Assembly: GCA_043228905.1 (NCBI GenBank)
Contig: JBHGNT010000010.1
Location: 9,424,001 to 9,488,000 of the forward strand
Direction of reading: 5' to 3'
DNA length: 64,000 nucleotides
Origin: Azolla caroliniana
Taxonomy: Eukaryota; Plantae; Polypodiophyta
Shown: positions 49,281 to 61,400 of the stretch, one piece after another
How positions within the stretch are numbered: position 1 is the stretch's first letter
Layout of the letters: every line of letters starts with the position of its first letter
Notes under the pieces: model-generated
The model's database searches: none
The model's input: the letters and a program-made list of their open reading frames with translations, nothing else
Told to the model about the DNA's origin: nothing
Program-made: the position numbers and the translations under genes

Positions 49281-50034
49281 TATTACCCGTAGGAGTTGTA
49301 CGGGGTGTTGTCCGTCGGAATAGTAACTGATGGACAAAAGCGTAGGAATAAGAAATTATATAAGAGCATAATGCATGTAATGGTTCACGCAGGAAACGTG
49401 AACGGCTAAATAGACCTTGCATATATAAAGGGCAGAAAACCTCTGATGGAGGTGCGTGTAATTTTGGGGAATGTAAAGAAACGCTTGATAATAGAATTCT
49501 ATCTTCTCTGATTTTCTGTGTATAGCTACGGCTAATTCAGTGTGTGTGTCTTGAATACTAAAGCGTTTGAGGACGTAAGTATAACCCTTGATAGGGATTC
49601 GGTTGTAGCCGTCTCCCCTTATACGTTGATAAGTTACAGGGGTTCTTCCCTTACGCATTACACTTAAACACATGTTCGTTGTTCCACACCCACTTTGAGG
49701 TCTAGGTCGAAGGATTGACCGCGGACCGTGTTACTAAACAACAACACTTTTGGCACGCTTGGTGATCTGTGTTTTCTCACAGACGAGCAGCAACGAATGG
49801 ATGTTTAGCCGCAGACGACCCAGAGAACCAACACGACAAGACCGGCCAATAACAAGGTCCGTCACACGCCAGGCAGAAGAACGCGCACGGCAAAAGCCGC
49901 GCCTCAGCGACCCCAGTACTACCTGCCGTGAGTGCAAAGAGGATTCTTCGCTCCCCAAATACCTCGACGAGACGCGGGGACCACGCTCACCATAGCCACC
50001 CTGTGGTCTTTCCCAACCCGCCATACCTCCCACT

Positions 50035-53000
50035 ATGGCCTTTGCCTACCCCCGCTTTAACGGCGAAACCGACGCCGCAACTCATATTCGCATGTTCCTG
50101 AATGTTTGGAATGCGAACCACATGGCGCAGAATGTCGGGGCATTCCGCAATGGAGTGCAATATGCGAATCCACTGCCCAATCTGCCACTCGAAGGCTCAC
50201 ACAGTCGACCAATGCGAGTACAATATGTTAAACAGAGCCACTCCCGCAGTCCGCAACATGGACACACAACGTCAACCACACCGGGCTGAACAAAGGAGGC
50301 AAGAAGACTGACCCCGGTATAAGGATCGCAACCCGTGGGAGGATCGGTACAACCGGAATCAACGGAACCACAACGATTCCGAGGAGGACGACCCAGAGGA
50401 CGCTGATTATCGTGGACATCCGAGTTACGCCAAAGGGGGTCGGCGCTACGAGAATCAACGGCCGACAAACAAACGGGGCGGCTTCAATGGCTATCGGGGT
50501 AAGCCACAACAATATAGGGATCACCGGCGTTACGACGAAAGCTCGGGGGATGAGCGGCACCAGGATCAACAACGGGGCCAACAGTAGCCACCGCGTATGT
50601 TCCGACAAACGAGACCGGACCGCGAAGAGCAAGTAGCACCAGGGGAGCGGCACACACCACCTGGAGCCGAGAAGGGAGAATCAAGCATCCATTGTTTTAT
50701 TTGTCAACAACCCGGACATTATGCCACGCAATGCCCAACACGCAAGGGAAAGGGGCCCGCTGTCAATACGATTACGGTGGAGGTGCAACAAATCACGACA
50801 CGCCAGCAAACAAAAACGGCTAATTGGGTTGCGCAAGACGAGGTACGCCGACAAGCCCAATCGTGGGTGGAAAAAGCAAACGCGACCAATACGGAACGTA
50901 TGCGGCAGGAGTCCGCGAAGACAATGGAGCGAACAGAGAACGAAAGACCGGGGCCAGACCCCATTTGGCAGGCGCTAGCAGGCTGTGAAATAACATTAAC
51001 CATGGAAAAACTGCTACAGTGGAAGAACGGGTGACGGGCATACTCGGGGCAAGGGTCGCCACAAACCTGACAGACGTTAGCGATGGACCGCCGGTGGTGG
51101 ATCATCACAACCCGGTTATTACAGTAATATTGCACGGACAGGAAGTTCCTGGATGCGTAATCGACGGCGGCTCAGGCATCAATGTAATTAGCGCAAAAAC
51201 TTGCGAGCAGTTAGGCATTTCAGAATGGGAGGCGTGTCCATTCTGGCTCCGCATGGCAGATACCCGCTCAGTGCGACCGTTGGGGTTAATTCGCAAAATA
51301 GGCATCATCGTGGGTGGACACCGCTTCGACATCTCGGTGGTCATCCTCGCTTTGGACGTCCCAAGAGCGTACCCGGTGCTTCTGGACAGACCATGGCTTC
51401 GGACAACAAATATTAAGCAGAGCTGGCAACACAAGTGTATCAGTTTTCGGCATGGACGCACCAAGGTTCGCGTACCGACGGAAGGCAGCACGCCGCAACC
51501 TAAGGGTATAACACCGTTATACGCGGAGGACATAAATATGTTGGCCGGGGTAGAGGATGCAGAATTGGAGGCATACCTCGACGAACACCCTCAGATTATT
51601 CCGCTGTTCGAAATAGATGTCATCGCAACCGCGGCAGAATATGCCACGACCACTATTCCCCACGACGTGCCTTACACACCAAACGCAGAGTCCATATTAG
51701 AACTCAGCAGAGCACAAGCGGCGTTCGAAAGGGAAATGGAGATTTCATGACGAGTCACCGCTTCCACCCTCGAAGAAGTAAATGTGGGTACGGAATCGGA
51801 GCCCCGGTTCCTCTCCATCGCAAAGGAATTAAGGCCGGACCAGAGAGTCACGATGATCGCACTACTCACGGAATATAAAGATGTGTTTTCTTGGGCTCAC
51901 GAGGACATGAAGGGGTTAGATCCCAAGTTCTATCAGCATAAGATCAATTTAGCAACTGACACAAAATCCGTCTAGCAGCGCCGCTACCGCATGAACCCCA
52001 ATTACGCGACCCGCGTGAAAGAAGAAATTGACAAGCTCCTGAAGGCGGGGTTCATACGACCAGTTAAACAAGCGACATGGCTAAGCCCGATAGTGGTCGT
52101 CCCAAAGAAAAATGGCAAAATACGGGTATGCGTAGATTACCGAAAATTAAACGCCGTAACCATTACGGACACATTTCCCTTACCCTTCACTGATAGCGTG
52201 CTGGACGCCATCGCAGGCCATGAGATGTACAAATTCTTAGATGGCTTCAGTGGCTATAACCAGGTATGCATGCATTTCGAGGACCAGGAGAAGACGACGT
52301 TTGTCACGGACTGGGGAGTATATGTGGCAGTCGTCATGATGTTCGGGCTAAAGACAGCGCCGACAACATTTCAACGAATGATTACGGAGATCTTTGGGGA
52401 ATACATTCCGGCGTTCATGCAAGTTTTTCTAGACGACTTTGCGGTATATGGGAAAACAATAGACCATTTTACGCACTTACGACTGTGCCTGGAACGATGC
52501 CGCACCGCACGCTTAAGCCTGAATCCCGCGAAATGTGCCTTCGGCGTGATCAGCGGGACTCTCCTAGGCCACATAAACAGCAAGGAGGGAATAACGGTCG
52601 ACCCAAACAAGATCTCCGCGATTACGCAAGCCAAAACTCCGACAAACGCCAAATCGCTTAGCCGGTTTTTAGGACAAATACGGCGGCATAGTCGGATGAT
52701 ACGGTATTTGGCGGACTTCGCCACGCCGCTACACGCTGTCGTACATCGAACTCCGTTCCAATGGACTGCAACGGAGGATAAGGCTTATCAGGCACTTAAG
52801 ATAATGCTCACACAGGCTCCCGTCGTACAACCACCAGTTTGGGCGAAGCCATTCCACGTGTTCGTCGACACCTCAGACATAGCAATAGGAAGTGCACTAA
52901 TGTAGCTCACCGAAGCAAACTAGTACAGGCCAGTATACTACGCGAGTCGTAAATTGTCAGCAGCAGAGCGTAACTATTCCACAACAGAGCGGGAGGCGCT

Positions 53001-54630
53001 AGGGATGATCTATAGCATCAATAAATTCCGACACTGTTTATTAGGAAGGAAATTCACGTTCCACGTGGATCATTCGGCACTACTGTATTTGGTGGAGAAA
53101 CAAGCTCTGACAGGGAAATTGGCGCGGTGGATGCTGTTGCTCCAGGAATTTGATTTCGTAATTTAGCACCGACTAGGGACGCAACACGCAGTGGCGGATT
53201 TTTTGAGCTGACTAGAGAATGGAGAAACAGTACAGAAAGACGACGACGATTTTCCAGACGCCGACATCCTGCGAGTAGCGACACTTGCAAAAAAAACGGA
53301 ATCGACCTTTCCGGACCGGTGGCTTATGGAAATGACGTACTTTTTAACTACAAGACTGCCTCCACCACAATTACGCATGGACGAGAAGAAACGACTAGCC
53401 GTCTGAAGCCGTCACTTCTGCCTCGTCGAAGGTGTTTTATATCACAAAGAAAGTGATGGCATTTGGCGACGTGGGGTCCGTTAGGATGAGAAGGAAGTAG
53501 TTTTACGGGAGGCACACTGTGGCACGGCAGGAGGCCATTATGCGGGCGACGTGACAACCCGGAAAGTATAGCAGGCGGGCTTATGGTAGCCAACAATGCA
53601 GAAGGACGCATCCGAGTATTGTAGAAAGTGTGATTTGTGTCAACGGATGGGTCAGCCCGCGGAGGACGCAAGGATGCCACACCAGCCCGTATTACCGCTA
53701 GACCCCTTCCAAAAATGGGGATTGGATTTTGTAGGGCCCTTCACACCAGCAGCGGCTCATACAGGCAATAAATACATATTGGTAGCCACGGATTACTGCA
53801 CCAAATGGGTAGAAGCAAAGGCACTACGTGAAAATACGGCGGCCGTCACAGCCAGATTCCTTTACGAGCACATATGGTGCCAGTTCGGTTGTTCGATTGA
53901 GCTCATCAGTGACCAGGGGAGTCACTTTCTCAATACGGTGGTTCGGGAACTAACATATCATTACGCCATAGTCCATAAGAACAGCACGCCATATTATCCG
54001 CAGGCGAATGGATTAGCAGAATCCACCAACAAGACATTACAGACCATTTTGAAGAAAACTGTCAATGAAAATAGAACGGACTGGGATACCAAACTACAGA
54101 GTGCGTTATGGGCGTACAGAACTAGCTACAAAACAAGCATACAGTCAACACCGTTCCGACTAGCGTTTGGACTAGAGACTGTGATGCCGGTCGAATTTCA
54201 GGTAGCTAGTTTGCGCATTCAGGTACGGAACCGATTATCAGAAGCCAAGTCGGAGGAGGTACAGCTCTACTAGCTCCTCGAACTAGGGGAAAAACGCATC
54301 CACAGCATGGTTGTGTTGGAACAGGAACATCGACGGCGTAAAGCGTTTGTGGATCGACATCGGAATGCAAGGGAAAAGGAGTTCGCCGTGGGCCGAGCGG
54401 TGCTAGTTTTTCAAACGCGCATGGGCCATATGCCGGGGAAGTTACGTTTCCGCTGGACCGGCCCATACTGGATAATTGGAGTGGAACAAGGCACATTCCA
54501 ACTAGGAACGCTGGCTGGAGAAGTAGTACGGCAAAAGGTGAATGGGTTTCGGCTCAAACCTTACCTGGGCCCTACGCCACCTAACCCATTCACCTCCGAA
54601 CAGGACAGAGCCGGAGAACTCGCAGCGTAA
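50035..54630 (+). pseudogene. gag-pol of the 49306 Gypsy (gag deletion, premature stops)
   Basis: ORF pieces 50035, 50597, 51019, 51991, 52954, 53596, 54307 carry the motifs in PR-RT-RH-IN order. Confidence 0.92.
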
Positions 54631-54970
54631 AGTGGGCAGCCCCACTTGTACTATAATGTAAAAATAGGTTGTAAATAACCGTTATGAAAAAAAAAAGAAA
54701 AAAAAGAGAGGAGAAGATAGCGATTATTAAAACGACTAAAGGCATGCACAAACTCCTAGTTCAAGAACACGCGGCACCACGATGGCTCACCGCCCAACGA
54801 ACCCTAAGCCACAAAAAGAAGGAAACAGAAGATTTTCTACACAAAGCAGAAACCCATCTCCTAGCTATCATCGCCCCCATCACTCCTCTCCCTCACCTTC
54901 TCCCCCATCCTATCTCAGAGCTCCAACTCACCACAACCAACCGTCTCCTCCCCATGAACATACTCTGGCG

Positions 54971-57736
54971 ATGCCGATCTTCATCTCTACTACCCTATGC
55001 CGATGGCTCGTGGAGAAACGCCTGGATGGTTACATCCGGGTCGCAGAAGCACCTCCGCACCCGGATGCCATGGACATCTCCAGGAAGCTTAACATCGACA
55101 CGGTCACCAACTCTTCCATCCGAAAGAAGTTGGACCTATCCTCACTAGGTGAAAGACATTTCGAAATACCTCCTACAGAGGTGCTGCAATGGTATTTTGG
55201 GCCATATTACTCCTCCGCCAAGGCCTATAGAACAAAACAAATTCCGGATCCCTTCTTCTGTGAAGTTGCCAAGTTCCTGCTAGAAGTCGGCTGTGTACAT
55301 GTCAACACATATGGGATGCCTAAGCAGAAGGCGGGCATCATTATCGATACCTTTGAAGGGCGTGCCGTCGACTGGGGGGTCATCACAGGGCCAACGTTAA
55401 GGGAAGGCTTGCATGCATACCAAGCAGGCAAAAAGCTCAGGCCGATCATCCAACAATACCTTACGGTACTATTTCCACCTTGAGGCCTGCCAGCACCGCA
55501 GCCCAGCCAACCCACGGCCCCGCCCCGATTCGCGAAACGCAGGTTAGCGGAGTTATCAGCCCCAGAGTGGGAAGAGGAACCCCAACCGGCCCAGTCAGAC
55601 CCAAGGACAACACCTCCTACTGACCAGCCGGACACACGGACAACATAGGAGGTACAACCGAGACGTTCCGTGGAAGTAGCCCTAGAACCAGACACCGAAA
55701 CACGGCAGGAAAGTCCCAGACCAAAACAACGCAGATTGGACAGGAAAGATAGGCGGGGGTTGGTAAAAAACGCCCCCACGGCAACAGAGACACCAACCGA
55801 AGGCGAAGGCTCCGCAGCAGCAAAACCCAATACCACCTTCGAAATCATCCGGGAGCCACGGCCCATTATTACGACCCAGTCCCAACGAGGGAAAGCCGTA
55901 TTGACGGCGGAAAGCGAGGTTTTGGCATATCCGGATATCCCAGATACGGCCCACGAGTTCAACGCCCTCTTGCAGTTCGGTACTTCTTTTGAGCTCATGG
56001 AGTTCCTGGCAACGCAACAGGTCAAAGCCACCCAACGAATGGCCGAAGAGTATGCGGAACGCCAGATGATCAAGCGCGCCCTAACACAAACAACGGACAG
56101 TGACGATGAGGACCGGCTAGCCAGGGTCGGCAGACAGAGGAACGCCGAGGTACGACGAGTGGGGATGGAGATACCGCCCTTAAACATGGCCCTCGTCGAA
56201 GTCCATCGGGAACTGGCAAAGGTCAGCACGGGCGCCAAGGAGATGGCCATAAAAAATAAGAATGTCTAGAAGAAGGTTAAACTGACCCAAGCCGAACTGC
56301 AAAAAGCCAACACACACATCGCGAAGTTGGAAGCTCACGCGACTACGGCACAACATGCAACCCCACCACCGAACCAAGTCATCGACGCTCTAAAAGAAGA
56401 AATAGAGGCTTAAACCGCCATCGCCTCAAAAGCAAAAAGGGTCGTGCAACTAGTGGAATTAGAAATTGAACGCCTTCGAGCAGAACTACGCCAATCCTCA
56501 GACAGAGTAAAGGAGATACGGGCTAACGGACGGAAGGCAGTAAAAACCCTTGAAGAGAAACTTGCTACGGAGGTAGCTCAGCACATCCGGATAAAAGACG
56601 ACAACGCACAATTATGAGAGGACCCGAAGAAATCGGAGGCGGCAATAGCAGGACTCCGGGCCTTATTAGAAAAAAAGGTGTGGTTCGATGAGCAGTTGGT
56701 GGTCGAACAAGACAGAAGGCATCAGCTCGAAATCCGCCTAAACAATGAAATGGGGAAATTAGAGGAACAACATGCAAAGGAATCCCAGTTGTGGGCGGGC
56801 CTGAAGGCCACGTATGAGGAAACGGCAGCGGTTAAACAGTAGGAAATCGCAAATCTCCAATAGTCAATGGAAGACGCACGCAACCGTTGCCAGGCCATCA
56901 CAGATAACGTGTGGATCCTTCTTCAAATAAATCAGGAGAGGTTCACAACGCAATTGAAAACGGTGCTGGACAAAGGATGGATGGCGTGGGCAACCCAAGC
57001 AGTGGAATTGCACGCGTATCGTGCGGACTGGGAGAACCGGCGAAAAGACGGTCAAGGTTTCTATAAACTAAATGAGGAGAGCATTGCGGCCGTATGGGAG
57101 GACCTAGTGCAAGACTATCGTGCGCTGGCAGACCAACACTCCGAAGTGCTCACACAGCTCTTAGATGATTTTGGTGAAAGTCAGGAGGAGCTATTTAACC
57201 AGATCACACAAGCCGGCAACACGCGCACAAACGAGGAATCCAACGCGAAGCCAATTCCGGGCACAACCGAAGAAGAGGTACCTCAGGCCCGATCACCAAA
57301 GGTGACAACGATGGAGAATAGCGGGGACCAACTAGTGGAATTCCCCACAGGACCAGACAGCGAAACCACTACACAACAAGAGGTCCAGCCGCACGAGCCC
57401 ACACTATCATTAGACCACGCGGAGAACGGTGCGGACCAGGCGGAATCTCTGCCCCACTCCCATGAACATACAAAAACGGCCGACACCACGGAGGACGTAA
57501 TAATGGAGGTAGAGCCGCAGCCGCTTGCAAGCACGACAATGGCGGAGCCCAACCCACTAACTCAAGAAGAGCCCATCGTACCCGGACCACCCAGACACGG
57601 CGACAATGACTTCGGGAGAAACCAGCCCGATCAAACAGAGGAGCCACACCACGATGCACCTACGGGCCCTACATCACCTCCGGACGAGGACACCACAGCA
57701 GAGCCGAACATCCGGGCCATTTTGGAAGAGTATTAA
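54971..57736 (+). pseudogene. Extra 3' ORF (about 920 codons): globular N-terminal domain, Pro-rich linker, coiled coil, acidic tail
   Basis: ORFs 54782, 55670 and 56867 and the gaps between them lie in one frame, broken only by TGA/TAG/TAA stops compatible with C-to-T changes. Confidence 0.8.
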
Positions 57737-58428
57737 CGGGATGCATCCGACGTGCCAGGGCACTGTCCCACAGGCGTGCCAAGTGTTGTCCGCCGGAATA
57801 GTAACCGACGGACAAAAGCGTAGGAATAAGAAATTATATAAGAGCATAACGCATGTAACGGTTCACGCAGGAAGCGTGAACGGCTAAATAGACCCTGCAT
57901 ATATAAAGGGCAGAAAACCTCTGATGGAGGTGCGTGTAATTTTGGGGAATGTAAAGAAACGCCTGATAATAGAATTCTATCTTCTCTGATTTTCTGTGTA
58001 TAGCTACGACTAATTCAGTGTGTGTGTCTTGAATACTTAAGCGTTTGAGTACGTAAGTATAACCCTTGATAGGGATTCGGTTGTAGCCGTCTCCCCTTAT
58101 ACGCTGATAGGTTACAGGGGTTCTTCCCTTACGCATTACACTTAAACACATGTTCGTTGTTCCACACCCACTTTGAGGTCTAGGTCGAAGGACTGACCGC
58201 GGACCATGTTCCTAAACGGCAACACGGGGCGGTATAAGGATAAAACACGTTAAAGGGGTTGTTCGGTATGTGTAATGTATATGAGTGTGAGGATGAGTAT
58301 GTGTAAGCACATGCACAATTATGTGCATGTGACAAGAATGTAACGGTCTCTTTTTGTAACGCACATATTATTTACCGTTACATTATGTATTATAAAAACC
58401 CCTTATGGCGGCACATAAGGAATATAGC

Positions 58429-61400
58429 TGTAAAAAGTAGCGTGCGGAAGCAAGTATAAAGATAGAACAGAAGGGAGAACACTCAGGTTTAATGGAGAGC
58501 TTAAGCTTACACGGTATACGTGGGAGAGACAGAGAGAGTGAGAGAGAAGACTCAAAAACTATATTCAATAATAATACTTAGTCTGTACATAAGACGTGCT
58601 CAGTGAACACTTTTATACAAGTCCTAGAAGGACTGACCGAAGTACTGACAGTACTTCAATGCTCATCAAGAGCTCCTACACTAACTCCCAAATATATTCC
58701 TCACGGAATATCTTTCCTAACGACCTCCCGATTTACGCACTCGGCCTAACCGATCGGTCCCAACCGATCCGGTCCTCGGCTTCTTCAGCCGATCCGGCCG
58801 ATGTTGAGCTTGTCTCTCAACACTCCCCCTCAAGCTCAACTTGAGGCTCTTCGGGATCTTCACAGCACCGTTTCCTCCTGGCTTCTCGCCTCGCTCGCGC
58901 TCCTCGACCTGTTCGACTCCGCGCGCTTCGACCCTTCCGGTCGGCTTGTCTGCTCATGCGGCCCTTATCAGCTCTTCTGTTGTTGCGGTGTTGACGCTTC
59001 TCCTGCTGCCTTTTTTTCCGCTTGGGCCTCGGTTGATTCAGCGTGTCTGAATCAAACATCTGAACCGACTCGGCTACCTCCGATCGGTCTTCGCTCTCGT
59101 CCGAGTTGGCTATCTCCAACTCGTCTTCGGTCTTCTCGCCCTCGATGGCGTTATCCTCCTTATGCGTGGTTGGCTTCGGCTCTCTCCTTTGGTTGCTCCC
59201 CTTCTGTCCGCTTCCGAACTTTTCCGCGGGTCCGCCCTCGGCTTCTTTAGCCGATCTGATGTCGAACTTGTCAATCGACTCGGTGTCGCGGTGTCTGTTC
59301 CTTTCCTGCTGCCTTGCTTGGTCGTTCGGGACTGTTCTCCCCCTCAAGTTCAGCACGTCAAGGTGACGCAATCCGAGCGCACCTGAGAATTGCCGCAACT
59401 TGTCTAAACCAAGAGGCTTGGTGAAGATGTCGGCAGTCTGCCGATCCGTCGGCACGCATTGAAGTTCGACTTCACCGGAAAGGACACGCTCACGGACGAA
59501 ATGGTAATGCACCTCAATGTGCTTGGTCCGTGCGTGGAATACGGGGTTCTTCGCAAGTTGGATGCTGCTGAGGTTGTCACAGTAGATCGTCGTCGGATCT
59601 GACACCTCCTCTCGCAGGTCCTTAAGTAGCCGCTTCAACCATATGGCTTCGCATGTCGCAACAGTTGCTCCTCGGTACTCAGCTTCGGTGCTCAACAGTG
59701 CAACTGTTGGCTGCTTCTTACTGCTCCACGCGATCGCGGCACTCCCGAGGGAGAACACGTATCCGGACGTGGATCGGCGATCGGCGGCGTTGCCAACCCA
59801 ATCAGCATCGGCGTAGCCGACTAACTGCATGGCTGCACCGGTCCGATATAGCAGTCCCCGGTCCTTAGTGCTACTGACATACTGAAGTATGCATTGCGCA
59901 CACTGAAGGTGCTCCTCGGTAGGTCGCGCCATGAACTGACTGATCACTCCGACCGGATAACTGAGGTCAGGTCGGGTGATGGTCAAGTATATGAGGCTTC
60001 CGACAATTTTTCGGAACCTCGTCGGGTCGCATACCTTTCCCGTATCAGGACAAAGCTTGATGGTTCTGTCCAGAGGAGTCGAGACAGACTTACAGTCGGC
60101 CATCCCGAGTTTGAAGAGCATACCCAGCACGTAATGACGTTGGCTGATCAATATGCCTTCGGGGGTACGGATCACTTCGATCCCGAGAAAGTAATGAAGG
60201 TCCCCCAGATCCTTCATGTCGAACGATGCCGCAAGCTGGAGCTTCACGCGGTCGATTTCACCTAGGTCGGCGCCAGTGATGACCAAGTCATCGACATATA
60301 GTAGAATACTAACCGGTCTGAGTCGACCTTTCCGGATGAACATGGAAGAGTCCGATTTTGACGTGACGAAGCCCATCCGACGCAGTTGTTGCGTGATCTT
60401 CGCGTTCCAGGCACACGGGGCTTGCTTCAGTCCGTAAAGGGACTTCTTCAGTCGGCATACTGCCGAGGAGTTCGTTCCGGAGTGAAAACCGGGCGGCTGT
60501 ACCATGTACACCTGTTCCTCAAGGTCACCTTGCAGGAACACATTCTTGACATCCATCTGATGTAAGTGTCACCCCTTCACCGCAGCTACTGCGAGCAAAA
60601 CACGGACGGTCGTCATCTTCGCGACCGGCGCAAACGTCTCATCGTAGTCGATGCCGTGTTTCTGCGCGTAGCCCTTTGCCACTAGCCGAGCCTTGTACCG
60701 GTTGACCGAGCCATCGGTGTTGTACTTGACCTTGTACACCCACCTACACCCGATCGGTTTTACCCCTCTTGGTACGTCAACCAGGTCCTAGGTCTCGTTC
60801 TTCGCCAATGCGTGCATCTCTTCCTCCATCACGGCACGCCAATTCGCGTCTTTAGCCGCTTCTGCGTAGGTCTCTGGCTCACGCACTTCCGCTACACGGG
60901 TCATGTATGCATAATGATGCGCCATGTACTCGTTGTATCCGAACCGCAAAACAGGATTCTTCTGGCGGGTAGATCGGCGTAATCTCACATTAGCCAATGT
61001 CGAGGCCTTCTCGGTCGACACGGTCTTTATCTTTAAAGACCCGTCACCGGTTCCCTCGGAGTCGGACTCGCGTCAATCTGACTCATTCCTTTCCGTCTCC
61101 TCGGCTTCCTGCGCGGGGAATGCACGGCCGAGTCTCCACTACTCGCCGGCTCTTCATCGGACTGGTCGTACCGACTCAGTCGTCCAATCGGTCCACTTAA
61201 CCGGAGTGAAATCGGACTCTCTTCGCGGGTCTCAATTTCGGGCTCATCCGGAGGCATCTTGGCCTCACTGACCTCATCGCCAGAGCTCGTATTGGAGTCA
61301 GGGTTTCGAGTCGAGGGCAGGTACCAGGACGTGGACTCGTCAAACACAACGTCGCGGCTGACACGCGCTTGTTTGGTGCGAGGGTTATAGCACTTATAAC

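Larger units (their letters stand above)
49306..58224 (+). mobile_element. Non-chromovirus (Athila/Selgy-like) Gypsy with a large 3' extra ORF and tRNA-type sites at both ends
   Basis: 441-bp LTRs 49306-49746 and 57784-58224 (about 18 mismatches by eye); perfect TSD CGGGG; PBS tggcacgcttggtg 49751; protease VIDGGSGIN; RT FLDGFSGYNQ/FLDD; RNaseH; integrase PFQKWGLDF...GPY. Confidence 0.96.

Noticed and set aside
55225-56250. 341-aa antisense ORF
   Set aside because: Shadow of the GC-rich plus-strand extra ORF.
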